A stretch of DNA of 35,897 nt, from positions 1-35,897 of the forward strand of contig DAOWDJ010000006.1 of NCBI GenBank assembly GCA_030639065.1, in the 5' to 3' direction. The notes beneath the pieces were generated by a model, which was given only the letters and a program-made list of their open reading frames with translations, had not been told where the DNA came from and ran no database searches. Below are positions 16,311 to 24,950 of the stretch, piece by piece. This DNA is from an archaeon. Lineage in GTDB: Archaea > Nanobdellota > Nanobdellia > Pacearchaeales > GW2011-AR1. Every line of letters starts with the position of its first letter. Positions within the stretch are counted from its first letter, which is position 1. The position numbers and the translations under genes were made by a program.

Positions 16311-17621
16311 TTATTCTTCGGATTCTTTAACTAACCTTTCAATATCCTCAACCGCTTTTTCTAATTCTTTAACAAATGCAATTGTAAATTCCATATTTAG
16401 CTCAGCTTTATCACCAAGTGCATTATAAAACATTTCAGCAACTTTTTCCTCTGTAAAATAATTCTCTACTATCTCATCATTGGGATTCTTTTTATCAAAA
16501 AATCCAATGATAGAATTAATCCAAGAATCTTCAATAAATAAACTCTCCCAATCAGGATCATCAATCAACACACCAATTCTCTCGAACAATGGAACAGCAT
16601 TGTCTAAATAATACTTGCCCATTTCATTTCCAACTTCAGACTCTCCAAAACGATAACTAGATTCTTCTAAAAACGAATCAACTATTAAAACGGTAATATC
16701 TTTAAGATATGTATTCTTTCTCATTAATCGAACAACTGGAATCCCCCACGACCTATATCCCTCTAATGCTTCCTGAGAAAAATACTCTCTAGAATACTCA
16801 ACATCACGGGCATATATCTCATCACTCATGAATCCTGTATTATGTAATTCTGTACAAACAACAGTGTCATCATCGCTTTGACATTCAAATCCGACACAAT
16901 AGCCATCGTCACATTCAAAATCAAAAACACAACCGGTAGAAGCACAATAACCACCAACACATATCCCCCCATTCACACAAACTTCCCCAGCTGTATATTG
17001 ATAGTAAGATGTACTATAACAAGAATCCTCAGAACATCCGGTAGTATAACATATTCTATATCTTCTAAACCAACAATCTTTATATTCATAATAACCACTC
17101 CAAGCAGTGCAAGGAATATAACAATCCTTCTTTATTTCTTCTCTTTCCTCACAAGAATTATACCAATATTCATCATTATCATAACATAAGAAATAATCAT
17201 GAGGATAACAAAAAACACCACTAATAGACCCTGAATTAATAATCTCCTGCAGATTCTCCCCAGAACTGAATATTACATCCGTAGCCAAATGACCTCCAAT
17301 AGGAGTAACTTCAGAATATGTCAAGCTACTTCCAATAATGCTTATTTCATTCACCAAGGCATACAACAAAGTCATTTCTCCACTCCCTGTAGAAATCCAA
17401 ATATCTTCAACGGAATGCCCAAGATTTATAGCAAAGCTTGAAGCCACATATGCACGACTTCCTATTAACAATCCCCCATCGAAAGCGTCTTGTAGGTTTA
17501 ACTCTAATTCATCCACTTCAATCCAAAACTCACTTGCAGGATGTGAATTATTAGCAACGCAAAAATTAGAAAACATCAATATTAACATAACTCCTAAAAA
17601 AACATTCACCTTCAATCTCAT
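16311..17621 (-). CDS. secreted protein with a central Cys-rich region
   Basis: Signal peptide MRLKVNVFLGVMLILMFSNFCVA. Dense Cys block (CYPHDYFLCYDND...CVGFECQSDDDTVVC). Acidic, Cys-free C-terminal domain. Confidence 0.65.
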   Translation of the reverse strand: MRLKVNVFLGVMLILMFSNFCVANNSHPASEFWIEVDELELNLQDAFDGGLLIGSRAYVASSFAINLGHSVEDIWISTGSGEMTLLYALVNEISIIGSSLTYSEVTPIGGHLATDVIFSSGENLQEIINSGSISGVFCYPHDYFLCYDNDEYWYNSCEEREEIKKDCYIPCTAWSGYYEYKDCWFRRYRICYTTGCSEDSCYSTSYYQYTAGEVCVNGGICVGGYCASTGCVFDFECDDGYCVGFECQSDDDTVVCTELHNTGFMSDEIYARDVEYSREYFSQEALEGYRSWGIPVVRLMRKNTYLKDITVLIVDSFLEESSYRFGESEVGNEMGKYYLDNAVPLFERIGVLIDDPDWESLFIEDSWINSIIGFFDKKNPNDEIVENYFTEEKVAEMFYNALGDKAELNMEFTIAFVKELEKAVEDIERLVKESEE

Positions 17622-17657
17622 ACAAGATATAAATAAATATAATATATAAATCTTGTC

Positions 17658-18974
17658 TTATAACCCTTCGTCAACCTTCCTAATCGCAGTTGGTGCCTCT
17701 CCGCCATGCCAGGTAAATCTCGGTCTAACTCTCATTGGATAAATTCTTTCTGAATTATCATCTAAAATAATTGCCGAACCTTTTAGTCGAGGTAATCCAT
17801 TCAACTTCGAAGAAATACTTGAATGCATATAACTTTGAGTAATGTCATTTAAGGCATCGACATCTAGCTTTGCCGTAACCCTGTGTAAAATAACTATATC
17901 TGACTGAGTCATAGCATCCGTATGAATTTTCCCAGGCTGTTGAGTTGCCATAACCATTGAAACACCTGGCTGTCGCCCCTCTCTCAGTAACTGCACCAAT
18001 GCATCTGTAGATGGAGTTTTCCCAACAGATTCATGAGGCAAAAATTCGTGAGCCTCATCTATAAATATCCAGACCAACGGCATTTCCCTCTTAACTCGAT
18101 ATCTCGCATAATCCGCTCCATGTTGCACAGCCTGAATTTCTTCGTCTTTCCTCGACGCCATTCTCTCATTAAAAATCTTTTTCGAAACTAACCCAATAAT
18201 TAAAGCCCTGACATTAAAAGCTCCAAGTGAAGCATACATAGATAAATCAATCACGGTAGTCTGACCGGCAGAAATCAACTCACGAACCAAGGTTCCTTTT
18301 TCCTCATCAAAAACTTTCCACGTTCTAGCCGCATCAAATAAAGCCGTAGCAGAATTTTTAACTTCTTGTTCAACATTTTCAACACGATTAATTAAACTAT
18401 AAATATCATCGAAACTAAAACCATTCTTAGTCTCCCTCAACTCACTAATCACAGACTCCATTATAACCGCTATCGGATCAGTAAATTTCAACTCAAAAAG
18501 TGTAACCCAATCCGACGGCTCCAACTCCGAAATCTTAATCGCAAATTCCGCATCAATATCTATCCCCTTATCCTTATACTCTTGATAATAACCAAACGGA
18601 GCAAAAACTTTCATCGGAACATTTTTTGCTTTTAGTTCCCATTCATCCAATAAGTCTTCATCTTTAACATTTTTATATTTCATAGTCCAATAAATTCCCA
18701 TCGTATCAAAAATTACCGACGCTATATTCCCCGACTCTTCAAGTCCCAAATCGGACAACGCTTCCGCCATAGTTCCCATTGTATAACTTTTTCCGCTCCC
18801 CCTCTTTCCAGATATCAAAACAACATGACTCCTAGCAACATCCATATAAATCGGATTAGATAAAGAAGTATAATTTCCCATTGTCACAAAACTCTTCCCA
18901 ATAAAAGCCAATCCTCTATTCCCAAACGTTTTCTTATCGCTATCATTCCTCCCAATAATCACATCAAATGGCAT
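17658..18974 (-). CDS. HerA/FtsK-superfamily (DUF87-type) ATPase (start moved to MPFDVIIG)
   Basis: Barrel-like N-terminus (VIIGRNDSD...GLAFIGK). Walker A SGKRGSGKSYTMG. Walker B WIFIDEAHEFLP. Confidence 0.8.
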   Translation of the reverse strand: MPFDVIIGRNDSDKKTFGNRGLAFIGKSFVTMGNYTSLSNPIYMDVARSHVVLISGKRGSGKSYTMGTMAEALSDLGLEESGNIASVIFDTMGIYWTMKYKNVKDEDLLDEWELKAKNVPMKVFAPFGYYQEYKDKGIDIDAEFAIKISELEPSDWVTLFELKFTDPIAVIMESVISELRETKNGFSFDDIYSLINRVENVEQEVKNSATALFDAARTWKVFDEEKGTLVRELISAGQTTVIDLSMYASLGAFNVRALIIGLVSKKIFNERMASRKDEEIQAVQHGADYARYRVKREMPLVWIFIDEAHEFLPHESVGKTPSTDALVQLLREGRQPGVSMVMATQQPGKIHTDAMTQSDIVILHRVTAKLDVDALNDITQSYMHSSISSKLNGLPRLKGSAIILDDNSERIYPMRVRPRFTWHGGEAPTAIRKVDEGL

Positions 18975-19032
18975 AAAATAAAAACAAAACACAAACTAAT
19001 AAACCTTACGTAATTCAAAACTTCCTAGAAGT

Positions 19033-19252
19033 TACCTCCAAGCTCGCGAATTTGATTTTAGAATTATCGCTAATTAAGAGGATGTATAACAAAGGAGGAT
19101 AGGAGAAGTCCGAAACGAGCTCGTGTAGGTTGTCCAGCCCGAAGGGAAAGGACAGCACGATAAAGCGAAATTTTGCGTAGCGCCAGACGAGCACGAAGTT
19201 GAATGTGAAACATTCAGAATATGGTTTTCTACTTTGCCTCAGCAGAGGTACA
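19033..19252 (+). ncRNA. GC-rich structured ncRNA, best guess a miniaturised RNase P RNA (boundaries uncertain)
   Basis: CR-I-like AGGAGAAGUCCG is at 19101-19112. CR-V-like CAGAAUAUGGUUUUC is at 19215-19229. GAAGUCC (19105-19111) can pair with GGUUUUC (19223-19229) as a P4-like helix. Nested helices are GCUCGU 19119-19124 / ACGAGC 19187-19192 and GUCC..CCC-GAA-GGG..GGAC 19132-19153, plus the hairpin GAAUGU-GAA-ACAUUC 19201-19215. Confidence 0.4.
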
Positions 19253-19296
19253 CCATTTGGGTGGAAGAGAAATTTCTTTTTTCAAAAGAAAGAAAT

Positions 19297-20040
19297 CTAC
19301 CAAATTTTGAAACTAAATCTCTCATTAATAAAAGTTCCATCATTTTTCAAAACTCCAAATACATAACTTTCAACCATAATATCCACTGAACTCGGAATAC
19401 CTAGCTCTGGCTCCATATTAACTTCAGGTGAAGTTTCAGTTACAATCGCAAAATCAAAAATCGGAGGAATTTTTAATTCATTTTTTAAACTATCATAATT
19501 GCTATAATACTCTCCACTCATCTCTTCCAAAGCACTATAAGAAACAACTTGTCTCTCAATAACACTTCCTAATTCACAATTCTCCCTCTCAATATCTTCA
19601 CAACCTTCATCATCAATATCTTCATCACTAAACTCGGGAGAAAATGCAATCCTAAAAGCAGTCTCGCCCTCATGGTCTATATTCAATTTCCAACCACCCG
19701 ACCCAGTTTGCATAAGTCCACAATCAATATCATCCCCTCCTAGTTTCGTTACATGACTTTTGCCTTCAATTATCCTATAACTAAAAATTTCTTCCAATAT
19801 CTTTATAGAAAAACAATCCGCACCCCCAGAACTATCAACTTTCAAAAACATATTAGACAAATTAGTATAAGTTCTCTTTTCAAAAGAATCATGAAGCCCC
19901 GTAAGCACCGAACTAGATAAGGTTGACGAATCAGTAGGTTTCAAAGTACTAAAAAGAAAAAATACAAATCCAGTAAAAAATACAAATGCAATTATCATTT
20001 CAAGATGTGCCGCACCCTTTTTATCCATCAATCCTCTCAT
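19297..20040 (-). CDS. pilin-like protein with a class III signal (KKG/AAHLE)
   Basis: MDKKGAAHLEMIIAFVFFTGFVFFLF has a basic stretch, Gly, Glu at +5 and a hydrophobic helix. TATA TTATATAAAT lies upstream. Confidence 0.5.
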   Translation of the reverse strand: MRGLMDKKGAAHLEMIIAFVFFTGFVFFLFSTLKPTDSSTLSSSVLTGLHDSFEKRTYTNLSNMFLKVDSSGGADCFSIKILEEIFSYRIIEGKSHVTKLGGDDIDCGLMQTGSGGWKLNIDHEGETAFRIAFSPEFSDEDIDDEGCEDIERENCELGSVIERQVVSYSALEEMSGEYYSNYDSLKNELKIPPIFDFAIVTETSPEVNMEPELGIPSSVDIMVESYVFGVLKNDGTFINERFSFKIW

Positions 20041-20128
20041 TCATGGAAAACACATTCTTTATTTATATAATTATCTCTCAGTCTCAGCTCCCCTTCAGTA
20101 CTTAGCTCTCAGGTCTCAGATCTCGACC

Positions 20129-21499
20129 CTACACTTTCGGTTGTTTCATATTTAAGACTACAATAAAGATAATATTCACAATAGCTATTCCAACAATACT
20201 CAAAGCTAATAGCGTCGTAATAGTTAACCCCCCCATTCCCAGACCTGCAACATTCATAACTATAAACATCATCATTAGAACTAGAGGCGCTGCAATTAAA
20301 ATAGAAATATAAACATCCATGAAAGTGCCTGCCAAATCTATATACTGCTGTCGTTCTAATCTATAATCTACTAGAAAATTTTCCGCCTTCTTTTCAAGAT
20401 AACTTTTTAATTCGCCACCACTTGAAATATTTGTAGCCAATCCTGAAAATAATTCTGCCAATTTTCTATTTGAAATTCGTACTGCTACATTCTTCAGAGA
20501 AGTCACTAAATCATAACCATAGATATCAACCTGTGCAATTATTTTCCGAATTTCTTTACCAACATTTGGGTACTCATTAGACGCTGCGATAATCTTGAAA
20601 ATTTTTGTAGGTTCAATATTAGAACCTGCAATCGCAGCCATGTAAATTGTTGCGAAAGGTAACTCTTGAGAAATTCTCTTCTGAACAGACTTGGATTCGC
20701 TAGAAGGATACAAATAAAAAAAAGCCATAACCAAACCAGAAAGACCTAAGGGTAAAACAAAATACACCCAATTATTTAGACTAAAAGCCAATAATACTAA
20801 AAAAATTAAAAGTCCAAAAATAAAAGCAACTACCATAGAAGCAATTGCCATAGATAGATAGCTAGATAACAAAAATCGGATATTTGCTTTCTTTAATTCT
20901 TTTGCCAAATTACCAAACTGAGGCACTAACTTATCAGAATATTTCCTAAAAAATTTGTTAGACAATCTTACAAAAGAATTCGGCTTAATACTAGTTGCAT
21001 CAGGAGTTTTCTTTTTTATTTTATTAATCTTACCAATAGCCTCTTTGGACAATTTTAATTTTTTTAAAAACTCTTTTTTATCTTCCTCGTTAACTGTAAC
21101 ATAACTTTTTTCTTTTGTATTGGGTGAAACATAATTCACTCTAGCTGTTGACTTCACAGCTTTATTAGTAGTCTGATTAGGTAATTTTTCCGAACCTGTA
21201 GTTTTACTAGGAGAATTCACTTTCTTCTTATCTGCACTAATTGGCATCTTTTTCAATACGGGTAATTTTTTAGAAGACACACTATCCACAACCTTGTTAG
21301 TCCCAACAGTCGACGGCTTCATTTCTAATAATTTAGGTACACTATCATTCAATAACATCAATTGTTTTTCTAAAGCTTTTAAATTCGAATAGTAAAATCT
21401 TTGATTACGCATATCACCCTGCATCGCTAATTGAACCGATCTCATATTAACAAGAATTTTTTTTTCTTGCTCAAGATTTTTTTTCAGATCTTCAAACAT
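20129..21499 (-). CDS. T2SSF/FlaJ-type platform protein with a ~230-aa K-rich N-terminal extension (start moved to MFEDLKK)
   Basis: C-terminal half: LPFATIYMAAIAGSNIEP...LKNVAVRISNRKLAELFSGLATNISSGGELKSYL, flanked by TM helices. SD GGAGG lies upstream of the ATG at 21499. Confidence 0.72.
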   Translation of the reverse strand: MFEDLKKNLEQEKKILVNMRSVQLAMQGDMRNQRFYYSNLKALEKQLMLLNDSVPKLLEMKPSTVGTNKVVDSVSSKKLPVLKKMPISADKKKVNSPSKTTGSEKLPNQTTNKAVKSTARVNYVSPNTKEKSYVTVNEEDKKEFLKKLKLSKEAIGKINKIKKKTPDATSIKPNSFVRLSNKFFRKYSDKLVPQFGNLAKELKKANIRFLLSSYLSMAIASMVVAFIFGLLIFLVLLAFSLNNWVYFVLPLGLSGLVMAFFYLYPSSESKSVQKRISQELPFATIYMAAIAGSNIEPTKIFKIIAASNEYPNVGKEIRKIIAQVDIYGYDLVTSLKNVAVRISNRKLAELFSGLATNISSGGELKSYLEKKAENFLVDYRLERQQYIDLAGTFMDVYISILIAAPLVLMMMFIVMNVAGLGMGGLTITTLLALSIVGIAIVNIIFIVVLNMKQPKV

Positions 21500-21625
21500 T
21501 TTTCGACCTCCAGATAGAATAAATGTTTCCATGAAACGTGTCATGCGTTACTTCAAACATTTTCCAGCCTCCAAGATGGACAAATGTTTCTATGAAATAT
21601 CTCGCATATTACTTCAAACATTTTG
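21490..21625 (-). repeat. 61-bp tandem duplication of the SD/start region of the platform gene
   Basis: CTTCAAACATTTT occurs at 21490, 21551 and 21612. Each unit carries GGAGG and ATGTTTGAAG in gene sense. Confidence 0.85.
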
Positions 21626-21784
21626 TTCCCCAATATCTTTGCCAATTTGATTATGTAAATCAAAAATGAAAGTCCTCAATTTATTAATTTTATCTGTTTC
21701 TTTGTTTGCAACAACTTTTTCCAATTGCAATACTGCATCACTCATAGAATCCACCAACTGTCCAACAAGTTCAATATCTACCAT
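21614..21784 (-). CDS. small helical protein, 56 aa (start moved to MVDIELVG)
   Basis: The ORF-track N-terminus (21785-21838) reads through the 85-bp repeat. The ATG at 21784 has the repeat-borne SD upstream. Confidence 0.45.
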   Translation of the reverse strand: MVDIELVGQLVDSMSDAVLQLEKVVANKETDKINKLRTFIFDLHNQIGKDIGEQNV

Positions 21785-21978
21785 AGACAAAAATCTCCGA
21801 TTTTTTTCTCGCAAGGACTTTGTCATTGCATAATACAAATAGCTTTTGTTTCAAAATTTTATATACCATAGACAAAAATCTCCGATTTTTTTCTCGCAAG
21901 GACTTCAATCACCAGATTACCTACTGGGTTGTCATTGCATAATACAAATACCTTTTGTTTCAAAATTCTATCTACCAT
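21782..21978 (-). repeat. tandem 85-bp promoter-leader repeat, two units, the distal one with a 24-nt insertion
   Basis: Unit starts are at 21782, 21867 and 21976. The insertion caatcaccagattacctactgggt at about 21906-21929 sits in the loop of the unit hairpin. Confidence 0.9.
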
Positions 21979-22071
21979 CTTTAGATAATAAAAGAAAATA
22001 TCTTTATTAATGTTATCAACACTTAGGTCCACAATTTTTTATTCCCAATTCTAGATTATGCACTCTTAATT

Positions 22072-23604
22072 TTATCTCGTTACTCCATACTTCTTTAAAA
22101 TCCCAGCAGGATTTTTTGAATAGTCATTTATGACCCTCTGAACATCCTCATAACTCAAAACTTTATTTTGAAATAACGCATATAATAGTCTTGCTCGAAT
22201 TTCAAATTCTTTTTCTATATTGTCTTTCGAAATACCTACTTTTTCAGCAATCTTATCAAAAATCTTACTATTCTTCGCGTGATAGAATTTATCATCTGCG
22301 GGATTCCATTTAAATGGAGTATTTGTCAAAGTCGTCCCATCCGCTTCAACACTTATAACTTCGACAATCTCCCGTAGTTTTCGCGTCTCCTTGCCATTCA
22401 CAATAGCATGAGTCATAATCATCATTGCATCCAATCCATTAACTAACATCGGACTCAAACTAATTGGTGGTGTTTCTAGCCTACGAACAATTGAGTCAAC
22501 AGAGTCACCATGCATTGTTGAAATCGAAGCATGCCCCGAAGCCATACCCTGAAATAAAACAGATGCTTCTTTACCCCTAACCTCTCCAACAATCACATAA
22601 TCTGGGTTCTGTCTAAATGAACTTTTAAGTAAAGAATCCATATTAATCTCTCCGGCACCCTCACTAGAAATTCCAGTTCGAACAACCGACGGTAACCAAT
22701 TTTCCCTAGGTAAATTTAATTCCCTAGTATCCTCAATCGAAACAACCCTATTCTCTTGAGGAATGAAAAATGCCATAGCATTCAATAAAGTTGTCTTACC
22801 AGAAGCCGTCCCACCAACAATCATAATATTAGATTGATACTGCAACAAAATCCAAAAATAAGCTAACATCTCAGGACTCAGCGTATGGAAACCGATTAAT
22901 TGTGTTGGAGTCCAAGGTGTTTTAGTAAACTTACGAATAGTAAACGTAGGTCCTTTCGAACTAATATCCTGAGTATATGTTGCATTAACCATAGACCCAT
23001 CAGGCAAACCTCCATCCAGAATTGGAGAAGCATAAGAAATATAACGCCCTGTTTTTTGTGCAAGTTTTTCAACGAAACTAGATAACTTATTCATATCATT
23101 AAACTTTACAGTTGTTTTAATGTTTCGAAAAACCCGATGCACAATATAGATATATTCCCCCATTCCATTACACTCGATATCCTCAATAAAATAATCCTTC
23201 ATCATTGCTTCTATCTCATTTAGCCCAACAAAATTTCTGTATAAATAATAAAACATTTTTTTATAACTCTCTTTTTCAATAGTCAAACCTAATTCCGAAA
23301 TAATCAGCTTAGCTGTTTTATCGATATAATCCAATAAATTTTCTTTAGTATTTTTTATACCAACCATTTTCACATTTACAACTTCCCTAATTGTCTGCTC
23401 AATTTTAGCCAAATTTCCTTTTTCCTCTTCAGAAAGTATCGGCTCTTCAATATCATAAATAACTTCACCAGATTTTTCATCATAATAAATATGGATAGAA
23501 ACATATGGAACAATAACCATATATCTAACATCTATCTTTATCTTATCATCAAACTTAGGAATCATTGGGGCTTTCGGATTAGAATTTATATTTATATCAC
23601 CCAT
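22072..23604 (-). CDS. type IV filament assembly ATPase (FlaI/PilB/VirB11 family)
   Basis: Walker A GGTASGKTTLLNA, then VVSIEDTRELNL and PDYVIVGEVRGKEA. Confidence 0.92.
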   Translation of the reverse strand: MGDININSNPKAPMIPKFDDKIKIDVRYMVIVPYVSIHIYYDEKSGEVIYDIEEPILSEEEKGNLAKIEQTIREVVNVKMVGIKNTKENLLDYIDKTAKLIISELGLTIEKESYKKMFYYLYRNFVGLNEIEAMMKDYFIEDIECNGMGEYIYIVHRVFRNIKTTVKFNDMNKLSSFVEKLAQKTGRYISYASPILDGGLPDGSMVNATYTQDISSKGPTFTIRKFTKTPWTPTQLIGFHTLSPEMLAYFWILLQYQSNIMIVGGTASGKTTLLNAMAFFIPQENRVVSIEDTRELNLPRENWLPSVVRTGISSEGAGEINMDSLLKSSFRQNPDYVIVGEVRGKEASVLFQGMASGHASISTMHGDSVDSIVRRLETPPISLSPMLVNGLDAMMIMTHAIVNGKETRKLREIVEVISVEADGTTLTNTPFKWNPADDKFYHAKNSKIFDKIAEKVGISKDNIEKEFEIRARLLYALFQNKVLSYEDVQRVINDYSKNPAGILKKYGVTR

Positions 23605-23664
23605 CTCTCTCCAACATAACTAGGTTATATAAAACTATTTCTTTGACTTCCTTTTCCACTACTA

Positions 23665-24192
23665 TTAAATACCACTAAAATCAATCACAATATTACCATC
23701 CGCATTTCTCCCCGTATTTTCAACTGCTAATTTATATGGAGTCGGAGCAACATCTAACTGTTTTATTCCAGAAGTTTCATTATTATATCTGATATCCAAG
23801 TCATATTTTAACTCTAACTTAATCATCCAAGGTTTTCCTTTCGTTGTAGTTACATTTATTCTCCCTACCGAAATCGACATATCTTCTTCACTATACATGA
23901 AACTCGAATCCAAAATCCACAAAACGGTGTCTTCTTCCACGTCAATAACTAATGCCCCTTTCCTAATATCTAAATCTATAATACGCCTATTTCCTGCTGC
24001 CCTTAAAACCTCATAAACCTTATTATCAATATTACCTAAAGCTTCAATAGACTGCTCAATCATCGCTTCATCTTTTTTTTCATTTATCTTAGGTAAAGCA
24101 GCTGCTAAAACCAAACCAATAATAGCCAAACCAATCAAGGTATAAATTACAGTCTCAACCCAAATCTGCCCCTTTTTCCTAATCATCCTCAT
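23665..24192 (-). CDS. pilin-like protein, KG/Q...E5 class (start moved to MRMIRKKGQ)
   Basis: RKKGQIWVETVIYTLIGLAIIGLVLAAAL. Confidence 0.62.
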   Translation of the reverse strand: MRMIRKKGQIWVETVIYTLIGLAIIGLVLAAALPKINEKKDEAMIEQSIEALGNIDNKVYEVLRAAGNRRIIDLDIRKGALVIDVEEDTVLWILDSSFMYSEEDMSISVGRINVTTTKGKPWMIKLELKYDLDIRYNNETSGIKQLDVAPTPYKLAVENTGRNADGNIVIDFSGI

Positions 24193-24273
24193 AACTATAA
24201 AATAGAGATTATGTTTATATACTTTCCGAAGAAAATATAGAAGGGTCACAAGACCCAATTTAAAAATAATTAA

Positions 24274-24795
24274 TTAACATTCCTTAAGAACCATGCTTGA
24301 AGAAGATTCACAGGTTTTCTCTGTATTGCCTACAACAACAATAGGAGCGATAGTAATTCCATCTATATCTGCACCATCAACCACGGAACTAGTGTCCAAT
24401 ATAAAGACTCGCTTTTCGTTAGCATTAGGTAACTTATCTACAGTCATAGGATCTGGATAAAGCGTTGTCGCATCAACCAGATTAAACGACTCTGTGCTTC
24501 CAGCAACAGAAATTAAAATCTGAACATCTATCAAATCAAAAGACTTAGATCCACGTTTTATCTGAAAAGAAACATTGTCTCCATTTGCACCAACACAATT
24601 ATACCCCTCGTCAGCCAACTGAAGTTGGGTTACTGCATCCAAACAAATCGTTCCAGATTCAAGTTGGTCACCAACCATAGGAATAATAGCGACCCAAACA
24701 ATTGTAACGGCAGCGACGGTAATTAAAATTATTAAAACCGTAGCAACTATAGCACTTATACCCTTTTTCCCCAAATTTACTTTTTTATTATTCAT
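24274..24795 (-). CDS. archaeal type IV pilin (Pilin_N/DUF1628-type N-terminus)
   Basis: GKKGISAIVATVLIILITVAAVTIVWV. SD GGGGGG upstream. Confidence 0.8.
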   Translation of the reverse strand: MNNKKVNLGKKGISAIVATVLIILITVAAVTIVWVAIIPMVGDQLESGTICLDAVTQLQLADEGYNCVGANGDNVSFQIKRGSKSFDLIDVQILISVAGSTESFNLVDATTLYPDPMTVDKLPNANEKRVFILDTSSVVDGADIDGITIAPIVVVGNTEKTCESSSSMVLKEC

Positions 24796-24804
24796 TTTAC
24801 CCCC

Positions 24805-24926
24805 CTTTCAATATTTTCTAAATATTGCCATGATAGTTCTCTGAACTTTCTTTCAAATTTTTTATTGTAAAAAATTTGTATGATACTTTCCTAAAGTTTC
24901 TTTCAATATTTTCTAAATATTGCCAT
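24805..24926. promoter_or_regulatory. two exact 27-nt repeats, each containing the 19-bp palindrome CAATATTT-TCT-AAATATTG
   Basis: The exact copies are 24805-24831 and 24900-24926, with palindromes at 24809-24827 and 24904-24922 (spacing 95 bp). The proximal copy abuts the SD of the pilin gene. Confidence 0.6.
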
Positions 24927-24950
24927 AAACTTTTCCAAAAGTACTTTCAA

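Noticed and set aside
7089-21781. Treating the 14.7-kb segment bracketed by the two direct-repeat loci as a mobile genomic island.
   Set aside because: The segment contains housekeeping genes (rtcB, the tRNA methyltransferase, the structured ncRNA). It has no integrase or transposase and no compositional break visible by eye. The repeats could still mediate deletion or rearrangement.
21785-21838. N-terminal extension (MYYAMTKSLREKNRRFLS) of the small ORF 21614-21838.
   Set aside because: The extension is simply the repeat unit read in one frame. The repeat supplies an SD in front of the internal ATG at 21784.
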